Sequence record: PP496438.1
Reading direction: 5' to 3' (one strand)
Length of the DNA stretch: 64,000 bases
Shown here: positions 43,517 to 53,800 of the stretch, piece after piece
Layout: each line of letters begins with the position of its first letter
Position numbering within the stretch: the stretch's first letter is position 1
Position numbers and translations under genes: made by a program
Notes under the pieces: model-generated
Seen by the model: the letters and a program-made list of their open reading frames with translations, nothing else
What the model was told of the DNA's origin: nothing
Database searches by the model: none

Positions 43517-44392
43517 TCAATTAAGCTTGGCCGCGCCGGAAGTCAATAGGTCCTTCAACTGCGCTGTGGTCTTGGTGCCTATCGCGGTGGCACTGGCATA
43601 AGACTTATCGAACTCAGATGATATTTGAGCCAGCCGTTGCTGATTGGTAAGCGAAGGGGTTGCGGCGGCAACGGCTGGCGCAGAGGCTGTAGCCGTGATG
43701 CTGGACAGCAGACCCAATCCTACGTCGCGGAAGAAGGCGAGGAACTCTTGATCGGAAACCAGACGGTACGGTTGCACCGTCAGGGAACCTGTGGCGTACA
43801 GCGGTGTGCCGTCAACGGTGACTGCCTGCGAGAATTCGAAGTTGGCATCCACCAAGATCAGGTTGGTGGCGCGGAACCACTGCCCGATCTCCAGCGTCCA
43901 CGTACCCTGCGCTTCGGACTTACCCGAAGGCAAGTATCCGCCCGGCGGGGTGAGGAATGCCGAGAGGAAGGAATCGACGCCTACCTTTTCGTTCTTACCT
44001 TCACCGATCCGAGGGTACAAGTAGCTTTGCAGTTTGGCGGACTTTAGGTGGACGGGTTCCTCACTCTCGTTGTACCGCACGATAGCCACCTGAAGTGGGA
44101 ACGTCGGGCGCTGTGTGCCGTTCCAGGTAGACACCGTGTTGAGCAGCGTCTTAATTTGGAAGGTCTTGAAGTCCGTACCGAAGGCGATGTTGGTCGCCGT
44201 GGTCAGCTCGGTAAGCTTCTGGGACTTGTCGTTGAAGAATTGTTCAAATGGACTCTCATAGTTGGCCGAAGAGTTGATACCGAACGGCGCTGTGATGATG
44301 CACTTGAACTGATAGAGGTCTAACTGGTGGGAGAGGCGGATCGTATGATCCGCACTCCCCATCAGCGCAGCGTAATCTAAACCGGCGCTCAT
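43517..44392 (-). CDS. Tail tube initiator / baseplate gp48-54-like protein
   Basis: Position immediately after the tape measure; beta-rich tube-like pattern. Confidence 0.5.
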   Translation of the reverse strand: MSAGLDYAALMGSADHTIRLSHQLDLYQFKCIITAPFGINSSANYESPFEQFFNDKSQKLTELTTATNIAFGTDFKTFQIKTLLNTVSTWNGTQRPTFPLQVAIVRYNESEEPVHLKSAKLQSYLYPRIGEGKNEKVGVDSFLSAFLTPPGGYLPSGKSEAQGTWTLEIGQWFRATNLILVDANFEFSQAVTVDGTPLYATGSLTVQPYRLVSDQEFLAFFRDVGLGLLSSITATASAPAVAAATPSLTNQQRLAQISSEFDKSYASATAIGTKTTAQLKDLLTSGAAKLN

Positions 44393-44401
44393 GGTATCCC
44401 C

Positions 44402-47400
44402 TTAGAAGGATGAATTGTTGACCATCATCACCATAATGTCATCGATGTTCTTGGCCGCTTTGGTCGTACCATTACCAGAGTTGCTGCCCCCACCACCGGA
44501 TTGAACCACTTGTGGTGCAGGTTGCTCTTTAACCGCATTGGTGGTACGGTCCTGTGTCTGAATGAGTGCTGCCGTCTGCGCAGTCTGCAACTGCGACTTG
44601 CTCTCATTGAGACTGCTTCGGGCGGAACCAACGTCTTGCAAGCTGTTGTTGGCTGCACTCAAAGACTTGAACTCACCTGTGACAAGGGGTGCCGAAGATT
44701 CTACTGGCTTGATCATCGACAGTCGTTGTGCCGGTTCGGTCAGCACACCTTTGCTAACCAGTGGGTCCAGCACAATTGCCGGATCTGTAGGCTTGCTCTG
44801 GGTGATCGGGACCGGACCAGTAACACCTTTAGTTGCCGACATCGACTGATTAGCAGCAGGCGTGGACACAGTGTTCGCTGGCAATGGGGTGATGCCTGGA
44901 ATGAAGGGTGGGGTAGGGGCAGCAGCACCTTTAACCGGTACGTCGGTGGCAGGTCCAGCCTTGCCGATAGCCAACGGAGTTACTATCTTGCCGTTGGTGT
45001 CTACCTTAGGTACAGTCATGGACGTACTGATCGCAGCATCCACTTTGTTCTTCATGTCCTTGCTGTACTTCTGGTTGTTCTCCGTACCGTTCCAGGCGTC
45101 AAGCATTTCTATGTCGGAGATCTGACCTTGGTAGCCTTCCTGACGGAACACTGCCTTGGCAATCGCCATCATCGTCGGCTGGTCGTTAGGATCCAGCTTC
45201 TGGTTTGGATCGATACCGGTTTCCTTCGAGACGGCCGTGACATAGCCACTGGTATCGTTCTCGTTCGGCGGTGTCAGCTTGTTGACCAACTGCTTCAAGG
45301 TCATGCCTTCCGCAGACACGTGCTTACGCGCCAGCTTGAACCACGCCCTCGCACCGTGCACGACAGTATCGAACTTCTCGAAGCCACCTTCCTGACCGAC
45401 TTCACCTACCCACTGGTTCTTGTCGCTGGCCCGGATGTTACCTGGGTTGAAGTTCCGGGTTGCCAGTGTGGCTTGTCCTTTAAGTGGTCCCGAGCCTGAA
45501 CCCTGATACGATACGCTCTGATCCAGCGTACCCGGCTGCGGCAGAACAGGAATGGCTTGGCCTTTGATGTTAGGTGACGCACTGAAGTCTTCAGCTGGGC
45601 TAGATACGGACTGTTCTTTGTCGAACCAGTTCATCGGATTGATGCGGGTTGCCAGATCCTTGGCTTTCTGCACCATGTCTGCGATACGGTTCGGGTTGCT
45701 GAAGAAGTCGATGGCCGCACCGATGGCAATACCCGTCGGGCCAAAGATTGCACCCTTGAGTCCACCTTCACCAAGGTAATCCTTGGCGGTGTCCAGCATG
45801 TTCGTGCCGAGCTTGGTCACAGAGTCCAAAGTACCCGACGCCAGATCCTGTACCGACTTCCAGCCCTCCGTGCCCCACGTTGTGACAGTATCCCAGCCTT
45901 TGCTTAGGCCGGTCATCATGTCATTAGTGAAACCTTCCATATACTTCGATGCTTTGTCCAGGCCACCGGCTACTGTGTCAGTGACGAACTTGGATGCAGG
46001 TCCCAGTACGTTGGTAACCTTGTCCAGTCCCGCATAGATGTCTTTGGTGTCGATCAAGCCGAACGACAACCCCGAGGCAATAGAGGATAGTGCAGCTTGA
46101 GACTTCTGACCGAACGTGGCTTCTTGGCCCGGCTTCAACCCGGCGATGTCTGAGGCGTTATTCCAACCGTCGAACCCATCGTAGGCCGCCATCGCAGCGA
46201 TACCGATAGGACCTAGGAGTTTGCTGGCACCGGAAAGCATGCCTCGACCCGCCATACGGGCTACCTTACCCCCAGCTCTGGCTAACCCCACGCCTCGGCT
46301 GGCAAGCTTACCTGCACGGGTAGCTGGCTTTGGGCGTGCCGACGGAACGTGAGGTTCACCAGCGGACGGGGCGGAAGTACGTGAAGATGAGGGAACAGTC
46401 GTGTGTGGATTAGAAGAAGAATTACGAGGACGAACTTCACCCGTGGCCGTATCCAGAACTGCATCAATGTTGTCATCTGTTCGGTCGCGACCCCGACGTA
46501 GGCCGACCAGACTACCAATAGCCCCGGCTCCGGCACCTACGAATGCTGCCATCTTACCGACGCGACCCGTGGCGAAGCGTCCTACACCTTTAGCAGCACG
46601 CCCAAGACGACTACCGCCCCGAGCGGCACCTTCCGCCGTACCCGCAGCACCCCTTGCAGCACCTTTACGCGCAGCGCGGCCTGCGAGGATAGCCGAACCA
46701 GCGGCACCCAGACCACCCACGATACCGTCGGATAATCCCAGAGCAGCGTCGAAGTTACCCAAGCCTAGAGCATTTAGCAACCCGGAGATTGCAGTGGACG
46801 CTACGCCTTTACCGGCGGCAACGATGCCGGGGTTACGGACGAAGCGATCACTCAATTTGTTCTTTTGCAGCCCAGTCTCTACGTCGCTATGATCCAGCAA
46901 TGACTCATCGAACTTCTCATTCAACTCTTTCAGGTTGAATACGATCTTTTCGTCAGTGGTGTCCGCCTGCACTTTCTGCAAGATGTTGGCAACTTTCTTG
47001 CTGGTGTGTGCGTTCAGCTTACCGTCTGCCCGGAACGCCTTCTGCATAGCCACCACTTGCGCGGCGAACTGCGGAATGGCAGACAGCTGTTTGATCACAC
47101 CTTGCATCGCATCCTTGCGCTCGTTCAGATTACCGTTCTTCAACGTCTTGATAGCACCCGCGATATCCGCGTCTACCGACTGGCGTTGGAATGCAACCTT
47201 CTCATACCCCTTGAGCATGGTTGCAATCTGAGCGTATTCCTTCTCCGAGATGTCGCTGTTATGCGACAGGAGCTTCTCGATGTCCTTTAACTGCGGGTTC
47301 TCTTTAAGCTGACGCGACTGGCGCAGGAAACCCACAGTCTCACCGGCAATGGTGCTACGGTAGTTCTTGCCCAGTCGGCGGTCCGTGATCCTGTCCGTCA

Positions 47401-47953
47401 TCTGATTGACGACTTTGCTGCTGTCTACGTGCGCAATAGGAGCAACCGCTTTTAGATCGGTAGCTACCGCTTTGGCAGACTCGACAACGGCGTGCGCCTG
47501 ATCAGAGTCAACTGACTTCCGGTTCAACACATCTTCGTACAGCTTGCGCTCAGGACCGGAGCGGAACTTCTGCAGGCGTTCCAGTGCGTCCATCTGGTTT
47601 TGAATGGTCTCTTGCAGGGAATCATCGCCCTGCTTCTGAGCCTTCTTCATCTGTTTCATCAGTTCCAGCTGAGTCTTACTGTAATCCAGCAGATCCGACT
47701 GGTTGCTCACCGAGTCCAGAATGGTGGTCAACTGATCGTGTAAACCTTTACCCATGAGGAAGGTGGGCACCATGGATTTCATGGCACGCTTGAGCACGTC
47801 AACGCCTTCCGTGAAAGCACTAGATGCCAATGCGTTTGACCGCTCGGCCATCTTGAGTTGCTTTTCACTCATCTTGTCCCGATCAATGGAACTCGGGTCG
47901 ATGTTGTTACTCTTGAGGATGTCTAGGTACGTTTCATTGATTAGGGTCGGCAT
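44402..47953 (-). CDS. Tape measure protein with lysozyme-like muramidase domain
   Basis: 1183 aa; helical N-half, Gly/Ala-rich middle; RNFNPGNIR..F....G......L.....TPP.ENDT.GY...FRQEG domain near aa 835-940. Confidence 0.75.
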   Translation of the reverse strand: MPTLINETYLDILKSNNIDPSSIDRDKMSEKQLKMAERSNALASSAFTEGVDVLKRAMKSMVPTFLMGKGLHDQLTTILDSVSNQSDLLDYSKTQLELMKQMKKAQKQGDDSLQETIQNQMDALERLQKFRSGPERKLYEDVLNRKSVDSDQAHAVVESAKAVATDLKAVAPIAHVDSSKVVNQMTDRITDRRLGKNYRSTIAGETVGFLRQSRQLKENPQLKDIEKLLSHNSDISEKEYAQIATMLKGYEKVAFQRQSVDADIAGAIKTLKNGNLNERKDAMQGVIKQLSAIPQFAAQVVAMQKAFRADGKLNAHTSKKVANILQKVQADTTDEKIVFNLKELNEKFDESLLDHSDVETGLQKNKLSDRFVRNPGIVAAGKGVASTAISGLLNALGLGNFDAALGLSDGIVGGLGAAGSAILAGRAARKGAARGAAGTAEGAARGGSRLGRAAKGVGRFATGRVGKMAAFVGAGAGAIGSLVGLRRGRDRTDDNIDAVLDTATGEVRPRNSSSNPHTTVPSSSRTSAPSAGEPHVPSARPKPATRAGKLASRGVGLARAGGKVARMAGRGMLSGASKLLGPIGIAAMAAYDGFDGWNNASDIAGLKPGQEATFGQKSQAALSSIASGLSFGLIDTKDIYAGLDKVTNVLGPASKFVTDTVAGGLDKASKYMEGFTNDMMTGLSKGWDTVTTWGTEGWKSVQDLASGTLDSVTKLGTNMLDTAKDYLGEGGLKGAIFGPTGIAIGAAIDFFSNPNRIADMVQKAKDLATRINPMNWFDKEQSVSSPAEDFSASPNIKGQAIPVLPQPGTLDQSVSYQGSGSGPLKGQATLATRNFNPGNIRASDKNQWVGEVGQEGGFEKFDTVVHGARAWFKLARKHVSAEGMTLKQLVNKLTPPNENDTSGYVTAVSKETGIDPNQKLDPNDQPTMMAIAKAVFRQEGYQGQISDIEMLDAWNGTENNQKYSKDMKNKVDAAISTSMTVPKVDTNGKIVTPLAIGKAGPATDVPVKGAAAPTPPFIPGITPLPANTVSTPAANQSMSATKGVTGPVPITQSKPTDPAIVLDPLVSKGVLTEPAQRLSMIKPVESSAPLVTGEFKSLSAANNSLQDVGSARSSLNESKSQLQTAQTAALIQTQDRTTNAVKEQPAPQVVQSGGGGSNSGNGTTKAAKNIDDIMVMMVNNSSF

Positions 47954-47963
47954 GGCCTGTTAC

Positions 47964-48173
47964 CTATTTCCGCTGGATCAAACTGGAGAGCATCTTCAAC
48001 ATGTTAGCGTTGCGGTCAGCCTCCTCTTTGAGACGGATCGTTAACAGGTTGTTCAGCTTCACTAGTCTGTCGTACGGCATAAATTGAATGTGGAAGGCAT
48101 CAACTATCCCTTCCGCGGCCAAATCGCAAGCCATTTTTAGAAGTAGGCGGGGCTCCACGAAAGGGTGTGACAA
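47964..48173 (-). CDS. gp51-like / GT-like tail assembly chaperone segment (separate TTG start or +1 frameshift extension)
   Basis: HIQFMPYDRLVKLNNLL..RLKEE pattern; overlaps the chaperone 3' end in the +1 frame; immediately precedes the tape measure gene. Confidence 0.6.
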   Translation of the reverse strand: MSHPFVEPRLLLKMACDLAAEGIVDAFHIQFMPYDRLVKLNNLLTIRLKEEADRNANMLKMLSSLIQRK

Positions 48174-49107
48174 GCATCGAGTCCTCCTTCACCTCGACAC
48201 GAACATTTTTGATGACCCGTTCAATGAACTGCGGATAGAAGTTCTTTTGACCTTCCTCTTTCTCCGCTTCCATTTTTACCCAATCTTCGTTGAGCACTTT
48301 CTCTTTGACCGGGACGATCAAGTCCGAGATACCGTGGTAGAGCATGGTATCGATGGCCGTCAGCATCATCATCCGCTCGCCTGTGGCGTCGGCCACCAGC
48401 TTCAACATGGGCTCAAGGTCCTGATCGCTGCCCAAAGCCAACCATGCGTGAGCCTGATTGATATCCTTGCGAACTTCTTCCGGGACATTGAGGTAGGCCA
48501 GATGCTGGCGCAGAGTGACCGGCATGAACTCGATGCTCTGCATGCGACCACTGATCTCAGTATCGAGGATGATCGGCAATTCTACAGTGAGTTCATCGAA
48601 TTCCAGCTGAGATGCACGCATGATGTGGTGACATTCTACATCATCCACCACGAAGGACAGCTGCACTTCTTCCGTACCCATGGTGGAGAACTTGCGATAC
48701 ATAGCGATACAGATGAAGTCACCCATAGTCAGGTCGAGCGGATCGATCCCGGTGGCAGTAATGCCGTCGAGGATGTGCATGAACCGCTCAATCTCAGAGA
48801 ACCGCCCTTCACTGACCGTTTCGATCTCGGCAAACGTGTAGGGACGGTAAGACACCGTGACACCCGCCGGATAGGGGCGGAACTGGCTCGGCAATTCCTT
48901 CATCTGGAACCACGGTACGTCCACTTCTTCAGTGGTGAGCTTCTGAGGGGGCAGTGGCTCGGGTGCTGCTTGCATCATGGAGGCCAAGCTTACTGCATCA
49001 CCATCCACGGAGTCTTGATCAACGTCGCCCCAATCAAGGCTTTCCTTTTTAGGGTCGGGCGTATCCGCCTGCCGTTGGTGTGGGGGAATGGGGTTCTGGG
49101 TGAACAT
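48100..49107 (-). CDS. Tail assembly chaperone / baseplate hub assembly protein (gp26-like)
   Basis: LPSQFRPY, YRPYT..E, DLT.GD..I...R..T motifs; position upstream of the tape measure. Confidence 0.6.
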   Translation of the reverse strand: MFTQNPIPPHQRQADTPDPKKESLDWGDVDQDSVDGDAVSLASMMQAAPEPLPPQKLTTEEVDVPWFQMKELPSQFRPYPAGVTVSYRPYTFAEIETVSEGRFSEIERFMHILDGITATGIDPLDLTMGDFICIAMYRKFSTMGTEEVQLSFVVDDVECHHIMRASQLEFDELTVELPIILDTEISGRMQSIEFMPVTLRQHLAYLNVPEEVRKDINQAHAWLALGSDQDLEPMLKLVADATGERMMMLTAIDTMLYHGISDLIVPVKEKVLNEDWVKMEAEKEEGQKNFYPQFIERVIKNVRVEVKEDSMLVTPFRGAPPTSKNGLRFGRGRDS

Positions 49108-49134
49108 TATGGTGACCTCATTTATAGGTAGGGT

Positions 49135-50217
49135 TTAGCTGAAGAACTGACCGATACTCGTCTTGGCCGACTTGTAGCCACTGGCTACCTGGTTTGCACC
49201 GCTGTTGATCGCGTTGTTAGCTGACTGCGAGATTCCACTAGTGGCGCTGTCGAACTTGCTGGAGACGGCACCGATGGCGCTGGTGTAAGCATTGCTGACA
49301 TCATTCTGCAGGGTGGTCAAGCCTGTGGAGATGCGGTCGATGGCACTGTTGGCCGTGCTACTCAGCCCCGCAGCACTCTTGAGCAAGCTGGTCGCCGTTC
49401 CAGATGGATCCAGGTCGCTACGGGTTGCACCTGGCGAACCGATGACCTCAAGCTTGAGCACATACTGGCTCAAGTCCCCTTGTGACTTGCCCGAGAACGT
49501 GAGCGTACCCGACGGAACTACCTTGTAGGGGCGAATCTCCACGGTATCCTTTTGCCGGGACATCTTCTTGATGTACAGCATCTTGTACGCATCACCCATG
49601 GGCACGATACGACCACCTGACCCGCCGATGTTCTGGTTCATCCACGTGGTGAAGTAGTTGAACAGACTATTGACATGATCGTCCAAGAAGACAATCTGGA
49701 TCGACATGGCATGCGTACCTTCCATGATGGTGATCGTGGTCGGCCCCATCTGGAAGTCACGGGTGGTCACGTGCGCAGCGTCTTCCTCGATGTCAATGAC
49801 CGGGAGCCAAGACTGGAAGTACGAGGGCAGCGCATTGGCGTCGGCCAGCTTGATATCCCAGAGCTGATCGGTATTCCACTCCACCTGTTGCAAGTCCAGC
49901 ACGTTCTGCAAGTAGCCGGAGTGTGCCGGGATAGGAGGTGACGCATTGGCGTAGTTGCCGATGCTGCCTTGGAACAGCCCGAGGGACGTAAGCCCGCTCT
50001 TGATGGCTCCCAGTGAAAGGGAGTTATCACCTGTGAGTCGATACAACTTGTCGTTGATCTTTTGTTCAACGTAGCCACCCAGCCGACTCTGAATGGTGTT
50101 GCCGATGATGCCTGTTACCGCGCCAAGTGATCCACTCTTGCGATAGGTACTGATTGCCTCGATACCCGTAGTGAATGCCCCCAGCGCGCTATTGGTCTTT
50201 AGACTGAAAAGGCCCAT
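49135..50217 (-). CDS. Tail-tube-fold structural protein (gp19/gp54-like) with Ser/Ala-rich extensions
   Basis: WDIKL...P...I.F.DD....F..WM...... pattern typical of tube-fold proteins; probable start ATG50217 (GAGGA). Confidence 0.55.
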   Translation of the reverse strand: MGLFSLKTNSALGAFTTGIEAISTYRKSGSLGAVTGIIGNTIQSRLGGYVEQKINDKLYRLTGDNSLSLGAIKSGLTSLGLFQGSIGNYANASPPIPAHSGYLQNVLDLQQVEWNTDQLWDIKLADANALPSYFQSWLPVIDIEEDAAHVTTRDFQMGPTTITIMEGTHAMSIQIVFLDDHVNSLFNYFTTWMNQNIGGSGGRIVPMGDAYKMLYIKKMSRQKDTVEIRPYKVVPSGTLTFSGKSQGDLSQYVLKLEVIGSPGATRSDLDPSGTATSLLKSAAGLSSTANSAIDRISTGLTTLQNDVSNAYTSAIGAVSSKFDSATSGISQSANNAINSGANQVASGYKSAKTSIGQFFS

Positions 50218-50289
50218 ACCGATATCCTCTTGTATGTAGCGGCGGCGCATACACGTAATTAGCGTAAGGGCCTAGTTGCCACACAGACG

Positions 50290-50324
50290 AAAAAAGCCCG
50301 CGCAGCTTGTGGCCGGGCGGGCTT
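50290..50324 (-). terminator. Intrinsic terminator
   Basis: AAGCCCGC/GCGGGCTT stem with UUUUUU on the - strand. Confidence 0.7.
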
Positions 50325-50345
50325 GAGGTGGTGCAATTACATGGT

Positions 50346-50837
50346 CTAGCGTTTGCTGAGCAACCCCATGATCGCCAGCAGTCGATCCTTCGTTGTGGAT
50401 TCGCCTGATGCGATTGGGGGCGTTTCCGGGGTTTCCTCCACCGTTGATACGTCCAACGGGGTGATCGTGTCGCCTGCGGCTTCCTGCGTCGGTTCCGGTG
50501 CGTCAGCCACGGCCAGCGCATCGACCCACGTTGAATCTGCGGGACCACGTTGCACATCCCGGCCAGTCAGATCCACATTGGTTGCGACGATGAGTTGATC
50601 GTCTTGGGTGTCAGTAGCCCCACCCTTCTTCATGGACAGCACCGAAATGATCTCCTTGACCAGCAGTACGTCATTCAGGTTGATTTGCTTGGGGTAGCGT
50701 TGCACACTCTTACTTCGCATGTAGGCCACGTAAGCGCGAGTGGTAGGTGCATCCCACACACCAGGTTCATAATCGTCGTGCAGCAGACCACGGCGTATGA
50801 ACGCCCGCTGCACCTTGGCTAGCAAGGCGGTATCCAT
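50346..50837 (-). CDS. Protein with N-terminal peptidoglycan-binding-like three-helix motif
   Basis: KVQRAFIRRGLL...PGVWDAPTTRAYVAYM resembles a degenerate PG_binding_1 (lQ..L...G....DG.fG..T..A...fQ). Confidence 0.45.
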   Translation of the reverse strand: MDTALLAKVQRAFIRRGLLHDDYEPGVWDAPTTRAYVAYMRSKSVQRYPKQINLNDVLLVKEIISVLSMKKGGATDTQDDQLIVATNVDLTGRDVQRGPADSTWVDALAVADAPEPTQEAAGDTITPLDVSTVEETPETPPIASGESTTKDRLLAIMGLLSKR

Positions 50838-50858
50838 TCAACAACTCCTCTTGGTAGG

Positions 50859-50888
50859 CAGGGTGGATGGGAATTCCCATCCACCCTG
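50859..50888. repeat. 30-bp perfect palindrome
   Basis: CAGGGTGGATGGGAA|TTCCCATCCACCCTG, intergenic, with no U-tract on either side. Confidence 0.9.
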
Positions 50889-50897
50889 TATCACGTG

Positions 50898-53800
50898 TTA
50901 CGCCACCTCACGCAGCTTCCACTTGGTTTCGGCCTTGACTGCTTTCGCCAGTGCCCGACCGGCAGCAGCCTCGCTTACCTTGCCGAGATCTGTGTTGCCG
51001 TCCTGCGTTTCGAGTACGTAGCCATCCTTGGTCTTGACCAGTGCGATGAAGCGCGTGCCAGACTTGGTTTGGAAGCGACGGATCGTCTTGCCGGTTACTT
51101 CGGTGTTCACCTTGGCAGCGGGTGTACGCTTCTTCGTGCGCAGCGTCAGCGACTTGATCGTTTCCATGACCTCGTCGTAGTTGGCGATGCTCACACCTGA
51201 ACGCACGATGGCGTCCAGTTCTGCCTTGGCTTCCGCCTTGCTGTTCGACAGGATGAACCACTCGCTGTCCGAAGACTCCCACTTGACCGTAGGAACAATA
51301 ACCTTGCGACGCACCTGTACAGCCGATGGTTGCTTAGTCATGTCTACCAAGATCCAGCATTCACCTTCGTAGAACATCACGTATGGACGCAGTTCACCTT
51401 TAGGCACCGCACGTTTGCGGTCCAGGTGGAAGTTGCGAACGTCGGTGTCGAGTGCAGCCTCGAAGTTCAGGAGTCGGCGCTTGCCCTGTGTAAAAGCGGC
51501 CAGTGCTGATTCCAGGTCCTTCAAGTAGCGGGGCTGAACCTCGAAGTTCTCTTTCAGCTTGTCGATAACGCTGGACAACGCCCGGTAGGTCGGCACGATT
51601 GCGTAGATGAACTTCCCGGTCTCGCGGAAGCCCAACTGCGTAGCCATCTTGTCCGTGACATCCGGGTCTTCACGATCCAATGCCAACTGGATCATGTTGT
51701 TCAGCACGCCTGGGTACACGTAGATCTCACCGTCAAGGTCACGGTTACGCTCAACCACCGCCTTCTTAACCGGCACTTCCGGTTCAGGGGCCGTCTGTTC
51801 CTCCGGCTCCTCGGTGTCATCGTCTTCCTCCGGTTCCTCTACTACTGGATCGGATTCAGGCGTCGAGTACTGCGTGGCGCGTTCCGGCATGCCCACCATC
51901 TCCGCCAGTCGCTGGCGTACGGGCACCTTGTTCGGCTTGAGGATCACGAACACCGCCAGCTTGTTCACTGAGACAGTACCGATTTCCTTGATCTTCACCT
52001 TGAGGGTGTTTTTACCAGAGCTGATAACCTCGCCATCCCCGTACTCGGTATGCACCTGCAAACCTTTCATGTCGGCGTCATCCGCCGTCAAGTCATTGTC
52101 TGCCAGCCAATCAGCGACCGGGATGATACCCAGTGCGTCTGTGAATGGCAGTTGTTGGTTCGAGGTATACGGCACCGTGATCAACGCGGAGCCCGGCAGG
52201 TTACCCGCTGTCGGAATCTCCTTGGCTTTCGTTGGGCCGTCGTACGTCTTGAGGAAGTCGGCGTACTCATCCCGGCGGATCTTGGTGTACTGCCCATAAG
52301 CATCTACGTAAGCGAACAGCGAACCCTGATCGTCTTCGGAGCCGAACTTGTTGGCATCCATGATCGAGTCGAGGGTCATGCTGACCAGCGGCAGGTTAGG
52401 CAGCTTGTCGTAACGAGCATCCGAAGCCTGGAAGCGAACCATCGTCAAGAGCTTAGACATCATCCGTGCGGTCTTGGTCACGTCGATAGTGCCGTCGGCA
52501 ATGATGCGGTCGAAGAAGATCTTGTTGCGCTTGCCGTACTTGTTCTTCGGATCGGGGCGGTTGAGTCGCGACTGCCCTTGTTCGAATTCCCCCGGCGACC
52601 ATACCGAGTCCGTCGAGATCAAGCGGTTGACGAACTGGAAGTTGTGGCCTGTGTTCAGGGATGTCTCAACCCCGATCAAGCCGATGATGCCGTCATCCTT
52701 CTCGAACTTCGGCAGCAGCTTGTCCTTGTCTGCGGCGTAGTACAGGATGACCTTCTTCTGGAGGTCAGGTGGAAGCGACGCGTGCAATGCCTGAGCTGAT
52801 GCCACGTACGCACAGAAGATCAGCACCTTGCCGTTAGTCTTGTCCTTGGAGTGCTCATCGAACAACCGGATGATCTCTTTGGCTTTCGGGCTGATACGAT
52901 CCGAGCCCTGCAATACCTTATCACCAACCTTATCGTGCGCCGGTGCCGAGATGAACATTTCCAGTCGTTGCAAGTACGGACGCAACAGCATCTCGATGTT
53001 GGCGACGTTTTCCTCACCTTCATCCGACGCTTTCAGTTTCTTCATAAGATCCGCGTCGGCCATGATGGCTTCTACGGCATCGTTCAGAATGTCCTGATAC
53101 ACGGCCATCTGTTTCTTCGACAGCGACACCTTGTGGAACGTCTCGGTGGCCGCTGGCAACAATGCTGCCCACTCCCGCCGGGATACACGCACGTAATCTG
53201 CTGCGCTGTTCATCTGGTTACGCACATCACGCTCGGCATTGTTCTTCCAGCTGAGCGGCTTACCTTGGAACGTTTCGGCAGCGTACCGCTCGATGAAGTC
53301 CTTCTTGGAACCGAACGTTGAGGGCGACATGATCGAGAACTGACCAGCAGCATCCGTCAGTTGCCCGTGCACGTAGGTACCTGTGGTCTGCCGGAGGTTG
53401 TCCGACAGGGTAGCCTGAGCCCGTACCGAAGCAGAACGTGCACTGTCCAAGTTGGCCAGATACTGTGATTCGTCCATGGACAAGTAGATCCACTCGAAGC
53501 GACGCATCAGCTCTGAGTTGTTCGACAGGATCAGATCGGTGTTGCCGTACTGAATGCTGTACTGCCCGTTCTTGGGGAAGTCGAAGTCACACAGAACCAA
53601 CGTGTTGATCGGCGCGTTGTAGATCAAGTTGTACATGTAGTCGTGACCGTAACGGTTGATCACGTCTGTGGACAGCACAACTACGTTGACCGCGCCTTGG
53701 GTCAGATAGGTGATATCCTCGATATAGTTCTTGATCAGGTTCTTCGGACACATCATCAGCGGACGTTTCTGCTGATTGCCTTTCAGATCGCCACGCTCGT

